Virus record (IMG/VR): IMGVR_UViG_3300001460_000004
Location: 1-64,000 of that record
DNA length: 64,000 bases
Strand: one strand, 5' to 3'
Part shown: positions 8,772-17,285 of the stretch, piece by piece
How positions within the stretch are numbered: the first letter of the stretch is position 1
Layout of the letters: each line of letters starts with the position of its first letter
Position numbers and translations under genes: made by a program
The notes under the pieces: model-generated
What the model was told of the DNA's origin: nothing
Databases searched by the model: none
The model's input: only the letters and a program-made list of their open reading frames with translations

Positions 8772-8807
8772 TATTTATAAGGTTATGAAAACCCTTGCGT
8801 ATAAATA
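8772..8807. promoter_or_regulatory. divergent pair of T4-type late promoters
   Basis: TATAAATA on the minus strand (8779-8772, facing the rSAM) and on the plus strand (8800-8807, facing the endolysin). Confidence 0.75.
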
Positions 8808-8838
8808 CTGCTGTAATGCAGTAGAAGGATTAATTTTA

Positions 8839-9696
8839 ATGTTAACATCAGAACAATTTGCAAAACTATTTCCTCGTTGTAAAGATCCAAGTGGATGGAC
8901 CGATGCAATGAACGAAGTATTTCCAAAGTATAGTATAGATACTCCCAAACGCATCGCATCATTTATTGCACAGTGTGGTCATGAAAGTGGTGGATGGAGA
9001 GTATTTTCAGAAAATCTCAACTATAGTGCTAAAGCACTTGATGCAATCTTTGGCAAATATTTTGTACGTGGAGGAAGAGACGCTCAGGAATATCATAGGC
9101 AACCTGAAAAAATAGCCAATGTTGTGTACGCTGGCCGTATGAGCAACGGTGATACAGCAAGTGGAGATGGTTGGTGCTATCGAGGGCGTGGTCCAATTCA
9201 GTTAACTGGGAAAGCAAACTATAGTGCGTTTAGCAGTGATATGGGAGTTAATGCTGTTGACAATCCCGATCAGGTTTCAGAGGACAAAAAAGTAGCACTA
9301 ATGAGTGCTATTTGGTATTGGAATAAAAACAACCTAAATCGTTATGCCGATAGTGGAGACATCAAAACAATGACCAAACGTATCAACGGTGGGTATATTG
9401 GACTTGAGGATCGTATACATCATTGGGAAATGGCTCTCGAAGCAATGGGAGAATCTGTTGCTCATCATGATAGCAGTGTAAGTGACGATGATCATGTTGA
9501 TGCAGAAAATTACGGTGTGTTGCGTAAAGGTATGCGGGGTGCAGGGGTAAAACTAATGCAAGAAGCATTGGGTATTGGCGCCGATGGAATATTTGGTCCG
9601 GGCACAGAAACAAAATTAAAAGAATGGCAAGCCAGTAAAGGGCTTGAGGCTGATGGAATTGCTGGTCCAGCAACATTAGGAGAACTTTTAGGATGA
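8839..9696 (+). CDS. endolysin: GH19 catalytic domain plus C-terminal peptidoglycan-binding domain
   Basis: AQCGHESGG, ENLNYS, YRGRGPIQLTG, TKRINGG; LRKGMRG..V..Q..LG..ADGIFGPGT. Confidence 0.92.
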   Translation: MLTSEQFAKLFPRCKDPSGWTDAMNEVFPKYSIDTPKRIASFIAQCGHESGGWRVFSENLNYSAKALDAIFGKYFVRGGRDAQEYHRQPEKIANVVYAGRMSNGDTASGDGWCYRGRGPIQLTGKANYSAFSSDMGVNAVDNPDQVSEDKKVALMSAIWYWNKNNLNRYADSGDIKTMTKRINGGYIGLEDRIHHWEMALEAMGESVAHHDSSVSDDDHVDAENYGVLRKGMRGAGVKLMQEALGIGADGIFGPGTETKLKEWQASKGLEADGIAGPATLGELLG

Positions 9697-9721
9697 TTGA
9701 AACGTTACTTGGTTTTTCCCG

Positions 9722-9750
9722 TTGACTAATCGTATATAATCGTATATAAT
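9722..9750 (+). promoter_or_regulatory. sigma70-type promoter
   Basis: TTGACT-N17-TATAAT; contains a 10-bp tandem duplication CGTATATAAT. Confidence 0.75.
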
Positions 9751-9774
9751 AGTATTTTTAGCCCAGGAGTATAA

Positions 9775-10194
9775 ATGTCACAAGTAGACTTAAACAAGTA
9801 CAAAGATTTTGTAAAAGAAGTAACCAGCGACGAATCACTATCAAGTATGCAGATGTATAATCGTATTATTGAAATTGAAACAACTGAAAGTGCTGCAAAA
9901 GTAAACATGGCGCAACTAATGACTGGTGCTATTGGCATTAGTGCAGAAGGTGGCGAGTTTATGGAAATTGTAAAGAAGTGTGTATTCCAAGGCAAGCCCA
10001 TGGACAAAGATACACAGTATCATGCCATGCGTGAACTTGGTGACATCATGTGGTACTGGATGAACAGTTGCAGTGCATTGGGCATTGATCCCAATGATGT
10101 CATTGCAGAGAATGTTAAAAAACTTGAGAAACGTTACCCAGGCGGAAGTTTTGATCCATACTATTCAGAAAACAGAAAAGAAGGCGATATCTAA
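9775..10194 (+). CDS. mazG: MazG-like NTP pyrophosphohydrolase
   Basis: EGGEFMEIVKK, ELGDIMWY, NVKKLEKRYP. Confidence 0.9.
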   Translation: MSQVDLNKYKDFVKEVTSDESLSSMQMYNRIIEIETTESAAKVNMAQLMTGAIGISAEGGEFMEIVKKCVFQGKPMDKDTQYHAMRELGDIMWYWMNSCSALGIDPNDVIAENVKKLEKRYPGGSFDPYYSENRKEGDI

Positions 10195-10197
10195 CTG

Positions 10198-10842
10198 CTA
10201 CGTATCATTTAATGGATTGTCTAGGGCCTCTTCGATTCGTTCTTTGAGGTCTTTTTCAAGCCTGTCCATCCTCTCTTCAATATCTTTTCTAGTATTTTTC
10301 ATTGTATCTCTAGTATCTTTTTCACTGTCACGCATATTTGATTCAACATCACGTAAGGTTTCGCCGGTTTCGCTTCTTATTTCACCCATTGTATCTCGGA
10401 TCTTTTCAAGTTCATTGGCTATGTCTTTAGCCATTTGTTCTAATTCTTTTTGAGCTTCTTTAAGATCACGTTCAGCTAAGTCTAGTAGAGTTCGAGTTTT
10501 ATTTTCAAAATTTTCTACTTCACTTTCTACATGTTCTTTACTAACCTCAACTTTTCCTTTTAGTTTATCCAAACCTATGTCTATCCTTCCAATGTCATCT
10601 TTAAGATCGTTTTTGATATCTCGTGTATAACCAATAGCTTCATCAAGTTTTATTTCAATTTCATTATTACGTGCAGCAATAGCTTTGGTATCAATGTTTT
10701 GGACAACTTGTTTCATATCCATGTAATCTTTGTAAAATTCAAAAGCCGCCCAGGTAGCACCACCTAAAGTAGATAGTGCTGTAAGGACTACAAATATTTT
10801 GCCTCCTTTAAATTTTACACCAGCAAATTCTAATTCTGCCAT
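10198..10842 (-). CDS. membrane-anchored coiled-coil protein
   Basis: N-terminal TM helix followed by long heptad/11-mer helical repeats. Confidence 0.7.
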   Translation of the reverse strand: MAELEFAGVKFKGGKIFVVLTALSTLGGATWAAFEFYKDYMDMKQVVQNIDTKAIAARNNEIEIKLDEAIGYTRDIKNDLKDDIGRIDIGLDKLKGKVEVSKEHVESEVENFENKTRTLLDLAERDLKEAQKELEQMAKDIANELEKIRDTMGEIRSETGETLRDVESNMRDSEKDTRDTMKNTRKDIEERMDRLEKDLKERIEEALDNPLNDT

Positions 10843-10844
10843 TT

Positions 10845-13340
10845 TTAATTCCTCTCATATTGTTGTCTCACCATGTTGTAATGAGTTTCATCACTTGCAC
10901 CATTAAAAAATCGGGCTGAAGGATTGTCAAACACACGTTGATCTCCATAGATGTCTTTAGGTGCATAAAAGCTATTGTCTAGCATTTGCGGTTGTTGGTA
11001 TTGTCTTATTTTAGGATTATATCCTAACAAAGCAGCTCTTTCATCTTCTCCGGTATCACCTGCAAGTGCTGCTTCTACTAAATTATCCTCTAAATTTTGT
11101 TGCAATGCCAGTTGTTCTTCACTAACTTCGTTTAAATTATCTGAAATTGATTCATCTATTTGATTTTGTAGCACTTTATTAATTAGCGAGTTTAATTCTG
11201 TATTCAATGCTGCTACTACATCAAAAGTCAATACAGCATCATTTGTTGTTATTTCAGCAGTGTAACTACTAGGTGATCCATAATCAATTGTGCTAATGCC
11301 ACTGTTTAAATTATTTTCGCCTAACAATAATGATTCTGATTCACCTGATATCAGTTCAATATTGTCCCCAGATGCTTGTAAATTTGTTTGACCTGTTATG
11401 GTAAAATTGCTGTTGTTTGTATTAGATTGTTGCGATTGGGTTCCATCGCTGCTGTTATTTGAACTGTAGGATGTATCGTTTGATGTACTTCCATTATCGA
11501 TACTCGCACCACTAGAATTTTGCATATTATTGCTGTTACTATTGCTTACTTGAAAATTTCCACGGTTAGCATTGTTGTTGTTACCACTGGTTGCTAAACT
11601 ACTAGCAGCATTATCTTGTGCTATATTTTCAGCAACTCGGGCAACAGTTGCTGCCGCTGATAATGTCCTTCGTTGTTTTGAGCTTAATGTTGGTTTAGGT
11701 TCTTCAACTATTTCTGCAACTTCTTCCACATCAACATCGTCAACACTTGCTATATCAACTGATACTTCTTCAGCAATCTCTTCAACGGGTTCCTCTTTTA
11801 ATACTTTGGCAGTGTCTAATTCTTGAATTACCTCTACAGTTTCAGCTAATAATACTTCTTGTTCAATTATAACTTGTTCTTCGTTTAACTGTGTAGCGTT
11901 TTTAGGACCTGCATCCTGTACGGCTATTTCTTGTGGCAATGGTTCAGGATCATTGAGCTCAACACCAGTTGTTTGTTCAATATCAACACCAGAACTTTGT
12001 TCAATATCAACACCGGTTGTTGCTTGTACATCAATACCTTCGTTTAACTGTTCGGTAATTACGGATATTGGTTGTTGTTGCTGTTCCCTTTGTTCTATTG
12101 TTGTATCAAGTTGTGTGATGTCAACTGTGGTTAAATCAACAGTGTTGATATCAGCAACAATATCTCCAGTTGTCAAGTCAGGATTGGTATTCATATCAAT
12201 TGGATCAGTTATAACTACTATGGTACCTGCAGACTGATCTTCGGATAACCCAGTAGGCACAGTAGTATCAAAAATATCACTACCATCATTTGCAGTTTGT
12301 CCATCATCACTACCACTGGTTATAGTAGTATCGAGTCCTTGATTTTCTTCACTGATAATAACGTCAGTTTGTGTAGCAATTAACACAGTACCTTCATTAT
12401 TAACACTTAACGCAGAACCGCTACTGTCGGTGCTGTTTCCATTGCTACCACTTGTATCAAGTCCAGCTAATCCTTCATTTAATGCATCTGACATTGTGGT
12501 TGTGTTATCAAATGTTTCAGTGTTTTCACCGTTGTTAGCTGTTTGTGTACCATCATCGCTACCGGTTTCAGTGCCATCATCGTATTCATAACCAGGACAT
12601 GTTGGATTAAACTGCGGATCAATTTGACATTGTTGATCAAATTCACTTGTATTACCACTTGTATCTGGCGCTGTTTGTCCTGGATATAGATAATTAGGAT
12701 CAAAAGTATCAGTTGTTTCGGTTGTTCTGTAAACCATAATAAATTCTAAATCACCAATACCATCACCGGCAGTATCACCAGTCATAGTTGCTATTATTTC
12801 ATAGGTGTCTAACGAATTAACTCTATAAGGTGGTGGATTATCAATACTGTCTTGGTATCCATCTAATTCATTATAATTGGTATAATCTACTGAAGCACTA
12901 TAAATTGTACTGTTACCGTCTTTAATTTCCATCTTAAACATTAATTCAGCATTCGCACTTTTGTATACTTTGTATTCGTATTTCCAGCCTCTAATTTCTA
13001 AACCCAATCCGGCTTGCTGAAATGCTGCATTGAGTGCAATGGTGGCTTTGGCAAATTGTGTGGCGTATGGATCATCGTTGATAAATCTATATGAATTTGT
13101 GTTTGCATCGTAGTAAGCGGTGTCTTCGGTTAAATCAACGGCATCGGCACCATCTAGCATATTCATAGTGACAGTATTACACAGTATGTCATCAGTAAAA
13201 GTGGCTTGCCCATAGCCTGGAGCCAAATAGTCACCAGCGTAGTAACTTGCACCACAACTGTGAGTAGCAGTTTGTGCTAATGCATTAGAGCAATAAAAGG
13301 AGCAAACCAACACCGCCAACAGCTTTGAGGATTGTTGCAT
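10845..13340 (-). CDS. large secreted acidic low-complexity protein
   Basis: Signal peptide; CQIDPQFNPTCPGY motif; D/E/T/N/S-rich tracts. Confidence 0.75.
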   Translation of the reverse strand: MQQSSKLLAVLVCSFYCSNALAQTATHSCGASYYAGDYLAPGYGQATFTDDILCNTVTMNMLDGADAVDLTEDTAYYDANTNSYRFINDDPYATQFAKATIALNAAFQQAGLGLEIRGWKYEYKVYKSANAELMFKMEIKDGNSTIYSASVDYTNYNELDGYQDSIDNPPPYRVNSLDTYEIIATMTGDTAGDGIGDLEFIMVYRTTETTDTFDPNYLYPGQTAPDTSGNTSEFDQQCQIDPQFNPTCPGYEYDDGTETGSDDGTQTANNGENTETFDNTTTMSDALNEGLAGLDTSGSNGNSTDSSGSALSVNNEGTVLIATQTDVIISEENQGLDTTITSGSDDGQTANDGSDIFDTTVPTGLSEDQSAGTIVVITDPIDMNTNPDLTTGDIVADINTVDLTTVDITQLDTTIEQREQQQQPISVITEQLNEGIDVQATTGVDIEQSSGVDIEQTTGVELNDPEPLPQEIAVQDAGPKNATQLNEEQVIIEQEVLLAETVEVIQELDTAKVLKEEPVEEIAEEVSVDIASVDDVDVEEVAEIVEEPKPTLSSKQRRTLSAAATVARVAENIAQDNAASSLATSGNNNNANRGNFQVSNSNSNNMQNSSGASIDNGSTSNDTSYSSNNSSDGTQSQQSNTNNSNFTITGQTNLQASGDNIELISGESESLLLGENNLNSGISTIDYGSPSSYTAEITTNDAVLTFDVVAALNTELNSLINKVLQNQIDESISDNLNEVSEEQLALQQNLEDNLVEAALAGDTGEDERAALLGYNPKIRQYQQPQMLDNSFYAPKDIYGDQRVFDNPSARFFNGASDETHYNMVRQQYERN

Positions 13341-14439
13341 TATTATCTTCCTTTTCGGTTACTATTGCTTTATCGCTGGGATGTACAATAGGTTCCGGTT
13401 CTCCTTCTTTAACACCGTCCCATTCTTCTGTAGCTTCTTCGCCAATTTTACCTTTAAACGGACAAGGTGTACCAGCCATCATCATTGCATCAAAAATACG
13501 TTTGTCTTGACACATCAATGCAATAGCTGCAACTTTCATTCCCATATTGTACAGTGTTTTTGATTGCTTTAGCATTTCACAATTCATATCTCTTACATGA
13601 GATCCTGCGGCAATACCTACAATTTGTGTTTGTACTGACCCAGTAACACTGGTTGTACATGTATCATTGCCGCCTGCGTTTACTGTAGGTGCAATAGCAC
13701 TTGGGGGAGGTGCAATAATTGTTTGTTCCTGCTTTACATTGCTGTTGTTATTATTGTTATTAGTATTTTCAGCAGTGCTGTTAACTGTAGTATTGTTGGT
13801 ATTTTGGTTTGTGTTAGTATTTGTATTGGTGTTTACATTAGTGTTATTGCTAGTACTGTTTACTGTTTGGTCAACTGTACTTGTACTAGTACTGTTTACT
13901 GTTTGGTCAACTGTACTTGTGCTAGTGTTAACATTAGTATTGTTATTAGTGTTTGTGTTGGTTGTACCACCACTTAATATGTTATTATTGGTATTTGTGT
14001 TTGTGTTCGTACTGGTACCGGTGTAATTTGTAGTGTTATTATTTGTATTAGAATTTGTATTGGTGTTTACATTAGTGTTATTGTTGGTATTGGTACTAGT
14101 GCTTGTGTTTGTATTGGTGTTGTTGTTTGTATTGGTATTGTTGTTTGTATTGGTATTGGTTGTACCACCACTTAATATGTTATTATTGGTATTTGTGTTA
14201 GTGTTAGTGTTTGTATTGTTATTAGTGTTTGTGTTGGTACTGTTAATAGTAGTGTTATTAGTGTTGGTATTTGTACCTGTGGTAGTGACTGCACTAGTTG
14301 TTGAAGTAGTGCTATCAGTTAATACACAATCAATGCCGGTTGTTGCACAGTCTGATGTGTTAACAACTTGTGCTGACGTAGGATTTGTGTACAAAACAGC
14401 TATAAGAAAAACAGTAAAATAGGTTAGTTTAATATTCAT
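13285..14439 (-). CDS. secreted Thr/Asn-repeat protein with Cys-containing C-terminal domain and C-terminal hydrophobic tail
   Basis: Signal peptide; (TN)n repeats; PPPSAIAP..C..C..MCQD..GTPCP; GGAG RBS supports a start at 14439. Confidence 0.8.
   Translation of the reverse strand: MNIKLTYFTVFLIAVLYTNPTSAQVVNTSDCATTGIDCVLTDSTTSTTSAVTTTGTNTNTNNTTINSTNTNTNNNTNTNTNTNTNNNILSGGTTNTNTNNNTNTNNNTNTNTSTSTNTNNNTNVNTNTNSNTNNNTTNYTGTSTNTNTNTNNNILSGGTTNTNTNNNTNVNTSTSTVDQTVNSTSTSTVDQTVNSTSNNTNVNTNTNTNTNQNTNNTTVNSTAENTNNNNNNSNVKQEQTIIAPPPSAIAPTVNAGGNDTCTTSVTGSVQTQIVGIAAGSHVRDMNCEMLKQSKTLYNMGMKVAAIALMCQDKRIFDAMMMAGTPCPFKGKIGEEATEEWDGVKEGEPEPIVHPSDKAIVTEKEDNNATILKAVGGVGLLLLLL
13735..14310 (-). repeat. coding low-complexity repeats (TNTNTNNN; NILSGGTT x2; STSTVDQTVN x2)
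   Basis: Direct repeats visible in DNA and protein. Confidence 0.9.
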
Positions 14440-14458
14440 TAAAGTCGAGCTCCACAAT

Positions 14459-14490
14459 AGTGGGAGCCATACATCCCACTTTAATATTTA
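14459..14490 (-). promoter_or_regulatory. late promoter followed by a 5' stem-loop
   Basis: TAAATA (14490-14485), then an AGTGGGA/TCCCACT hairpin. Confidence 0.55.
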
Positions 14491-14584
14491 CCGATTGATA
14501 GAAAATATTATCATCCCATTTTACTAAGAAAAATGTTAAAAATTTTACACCATCAACCGTCAAAATTTTGACAGTTATTATGAC

Positions 14585-14613
14585 TTGACATTGCACGTTA
14601 AACGTGTTATATT
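14585..14613 (+). promoter_or_regulatory. sigma70-type promoter
   Basis: TTGACA-N17-TATATT with extended TG. Confidence 0.75.
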
Positions 14614-14638
14614 CAAAGTATTAGCAAAGGAAATCATA

Positions 14639-14875
14639 ATGTCAAATGTCACTCATAATAATTTAATTAACGCTGTTGGAAATGCATACGATGCAGCTAT
14701 TTTATTAGCAAAACGAACACGTGATTTAAAAAATGGGTCAAATTCTTTACTTGAATACACAGAATTTGATACTCATCGGATTGTGGCTACACGTGAAATT
14801 GAACAGGGTATTATTACTATGCAATATTTTTACGAACAGAATAACAGTGACCTACTCGAAGATGAAATGTTTTAA
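14639..14875 (+). CDS. rpoZ: RNA polymerase omega subunit homolog
   Basis: VT....NAVGNAYDAAILLAKRTRDL..G....A.REIEQG aligns with the omega pattern (VT.....GNRFDLVLVAARRARQ..G..ALREIEEG); AGGA RBS. Confidence 0.7.
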   Translation: MSNVTHNNLINAVGNAYDAAILLAKRTRDLKNGSNSLLEYTEFDTHRIVATREIEQGIITMQYFYEQNNSDLLEDEMF

Positions 14876-14952
14876 ATTTATGCATGTTAGCGCCTAACAG
14901 TGCAACAATCATGTAAATACTTTCAACTACATTTTCTGGAAAGGATATAAAA

Positions 14953-15174
14953 ATGGTTGTTGCCAAAAGCATGGAAAGATTAACGAATGAAGATTTAAAG
15001 TATCTCGAAGTATTACTTGGTAGGGAATTTGCAACTGAAAGCGATAGATGTAAATCTTGGCAACAAAAAAACAAATACGACAAGCCTTTTGGAAAACAAA
15101 ATCAAATATTAAATTGTTTAAATGCAATTAGAGATTGCCGAAGAGTTAAAGAAATGCTGGACGCCAAATGGTAA
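14953..15174 (+). CDS. hypothetical protein
   Basis: AAGGA RBS; TAAATA upstream. Confidence 0.55.
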   Translation: MVVAKSMERLTNEDLKYLEVLLGREFATESDRCKSWQQKNKYDKPFGKQNQILNCLNAIRDCRRVKEMLDAKW

Positions 15175-15193
15175 AAACTACAAAAAATTTTTC

Positions 15194-15224
15194 TTGACAT
15201 CTTGAACAATTTATGTTATAAATA
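15194..15224 (+). promoter_or_regulatory. overlapping sigma70 and late promoter for the tmRNA
   Basis: TTGACA(15194)-N17-TATAAATA(15217-15224). Confidence 0.75.
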
Positions 15225-15228
15225 ACAT

Positions 15229-15540
15229 TGTAACGTTGAAGCAATTCAAACGCTATACAGGACTCGGGGGCAGTACCCGACGCCTCCACCATAAACACAT
15301 CTAGACTGGTTTTTATATCTGATCAGATAGATGCATTGACAACTTAGGTGTGTTTATGATGGGGGCGAACTAGGATCGACTGGTGGTTAATAGAGTTAGT
15401 GGAGTTATCCGGATCTAAGCACGGTTATCGCGAAGAAAACTTATAATTGCAAATGACAATTATGCGCCAGCAATGGCAATTGCAGCCTAATTAGGTATGC
15501 GGGGTATGGGTTCCACCTAGCAACAGAACGGGCCTGCTAC
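15229..15540 (+). ncRNA. ssrA: two-piece (circularly permuted) tmRNA, alphaproteobacterial type; tag ANDNYAPAMAIAA
   Basis: Acceptor piece ends CGCCTCCACCA (15291) with T-arm GGGGCAGTACCC; intervening hairpin ATAAACACATCTA/TAGGTGTGTTTAT; coding piece starts GGGGGCGAA (15361) giving G3.U70; tag ORF 15449-15490. Outer ends approximate. Confidence 0.93.
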
Positions 15541-15561
15541 AATTTTACACACCGTAAACGG

Positions 15562-15590
15562 TTGACTTTCCACCTTTTCTATGCTATATA
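15562..15590 (+). promoter_or_regulatory. sigma70-type promoter
   Basis: TTGACT-N17-TATATA with extended TG. Confidence 0.6.
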
Positions 15591-15630
15591 TTATAGTATA
15601 AACAGACACAAACACACTGAAAGAAATAAT

Positions 15631-15996
15631 ATGAATAAATCTCCAGAACCCATCGGTTGGGCAAATACACTAACATCACTTACTGGCGAAGTTAAGTTCC
15701 TTTGGAGTTTAGTGATGACAATTGAAAATTCACCACTACGAAAATTAGATCCAATAGTTGCTCATATGGTATTCCAGACCTTAGCATTTGTTTGGTCAGG
15801 TATTTTTGGCCTAATGGTTGGCAGTATTTGGGCAGTAGGCATAAGCGGTATAGCACATGTGATTTTTATTGCTGGTATTGTTATTACTGCTACAACATTC
15901 CGCCAAGCAGATCAAAATCCAAATGTTGTAAACAAGATGTTTACTCCACGTGACAATGTTACTAGTGGACGTATGAACGGCGGGGAACATGAGTAA
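15631..15996 (+). CDS. hypothetical membrane protein (2 TM)
   Basis: Hydrophobic helices; start reassigned to the ATG downstream of the promoter. Confidence 0.65.
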   Translation: MNKSPEPIGWANTLTSLTGEVKFLWSLVMTIENSPLRKLDPIVAHMVFQTLAFVWSGIFGLMVGSIWAVGISGIAHVIFIAGIVITATTFRQADQNPNVVNKMFTPRDNVTSGRMNGGEHE

Positions 15997-16150
15997 TCCA
16001 AACGAACCGTATCACAACAAAGGTGTAGGACTAGCATTCTTAATTATTATTATTGGAATGGTAGGTATGCCTATCCTTGGATCAGCGATTGCTTATCCAG
16101 ATCAGTGTAAACAATCTATTCTTATTCCTTGTTTAGGATTAGAGAAATGA
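15989..16150 (+). CDS. small membrane protein, 53 aa (not in ORF track)
   Basis: MSNPNEPYHNKGVGLAFLIIIIGMVGMPILGSAIAYPDQCKQSILIPCLGLEK; overlaps both neighbours. Confidence 0.6.
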   Translation: MSNPNEPYHNKGVGLAFLIIIIGMVGMPILGSAIAYPDQCKQSILIPCLGLEK

Positions 16151-16443
16151 AGTGGGCAATAGTAATGTATGCTTTTCTTGGGTTTCAGGATAGTAATCAA
16201 ACGCAACAGGTTATAAGTTGGAATCTACCTTTTCAAACTATGGGTCAGTGTATTCAGTTTCATGATAAAAATCAATTAAAACTTAGACAAGGTGTGGTAA
16301 CACACGGTGCTGAAATGTATGGTAAAACTCCTTATGTAAAAGAAATGGGTTGTGTAAGAGCAGAAGCTTATGCAGAAAGCCCTGACGAATTACCTACACT
16401 AACAGAGCGTCAGAAACTATTTGAAGGCGGTCCAACAATATGA
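16147..16443 (+). CDS. hypothetical secreted protein
   Basis: MKWAIVMYAFL N-terminus; Cys pair; ATGA coupling. Confidence 0.6.
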   Translation: MKWAIVMYAFLGFQDSNQTQQVISWNLPFQTMGQCIQFHDKNQLKLRQGVVTHGAEMYGKTPYVKEMGCVRAEAYAESPDELPTLTERQKLFEGGPTI

Positions 16444-16631
16444 AATACTCAATATTAAATGTTGACACAGGTGATGTCCAAGAAATGTTTTTTGAAGATA
16501 CATTACAATTTACAAACTGGTTTAAAATTGCACCTGGTAATTTTAAATCGTTAGGCAAAGTAGACGCATACTTACCAACAAGACATGTGAGGATGCAAAA
16601 CAAAGAGGAGTTTGCTGGATGGGGCAGTTAA
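16440..16631 (+). CDS. hypothetical protein
   Basis: Translationally coupled ORF. Confidence 0.55.
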   Translation: MKYSILNVDTGDVQEMFFEDTLQFTNWFKIAPGNFKSLGKVDAYLPTRHVRMQNKEEFAGWGS

Positions 16632-16831
16632 CACCTAGGAAAGAAGCAGAACTTGAAGCAGAACGTACTTACGAAGCGTTCTTAGTATGGGCAAAGAGAG
16701 TAACACTCGGTGCTATATTCTTTTTGCTTGTAGTCGTTGTTGGTTGTAATAGCGGCGTTGAAGAAGGTCCACGTAAAACTGGATCGGGTTATAACGGAGG
16801 CCAATATTCTCCTACAAATCTTAAAATATAA
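16619..16831 (+). CDS. single-TM protein resembling aa3-type cytochrome c oxidase subunit IV
   Basis: EAERTYEAFLVWAKRVTLGAIFFLLVVVVGCNS resembles the alphaproteobacterial COX IV pattern; GAGGAG RBS. Confidence 0.5.
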   Translation: MGQLTPRKEAELEAERTYEAFLVWAKRVTLGAIFFLLVVVVGCNSGVEEGPRKTGSGYNGGQYSPTNLKI

Positions 16832-16841
16832 AGGATAACAA

Positions 16842-17285
16842 ATGAATAAATCAATATTAATAGTTATGATTGTAACATTTTTTGCTACTATGTTTGTACA
16901 AGCTGCGAATGCAGAAGATATAACTATTGAAATGCTTAACAAGCGTGATGACGGTGCTAAAATGGTATTCAGTGAAGATATTGCAAGAATTGACGTTGGT
17001 GATACTATTACATGGGTACCAACTGCAAAAGGACACAATGTACATTTTACTGCGGGTCCGGACGGATGGGATATTCCTAAGAAGTCAAAGAACAACAAAG
17101 AAGTTGAAATTACATTTGACACACCTGGCGTATACTTTTATCAGTGTACACCACACAAAGGCATGGGCATGATTGCTCTTGTTGTTGTAGGAGACGACAC
17201 ATCAAATGCAGATACAATTATGAAAGCAAGCAAAGCCAAAGGCAAAAGCAAAAAGAAACTTAAAGGATTACTTGAAGAACTATGA
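16842..17285 (+). CDS. pseudoazurin (type I blue copper protein)
   Basis: Signal peptide; MLNK...MVF...GDTITW...GHN; CTPHKGMGM copper ligands. Confidence 0.92.
   Translation: MNKSILIVMIVTFFATMFVQAANAEDITIEMLNKRDDGAKMVFSEDIARIDVGDTITWVPTAKGHNVHFTAGPDGWDIPKKSKNNKEVEITFDTPGVYFYQCTPHKGMGMIALVVVGDDTSNADTIMKASKAKGKSKKKLKGLLEEL

Noticed and set aside
9731-9750. 10-bp tandem repeat as an iteron or origin
   Set aside because: Only two copies, explained as part of the mazG promoter.
13667-14422. Leu/Val-rich plus-strand ORFs that look like membrane proteins
   Set aside because: They are the antisense reading of the Thr/Asn repeat gene and have no RBS or promoter.
15229-15540. tmRNA as a prophage attachment site or host chromosome junction
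   Set aside because: No integrase or duplicated 3' end is visible, both flanks are phage-like, and the gene has a phage late promoter.
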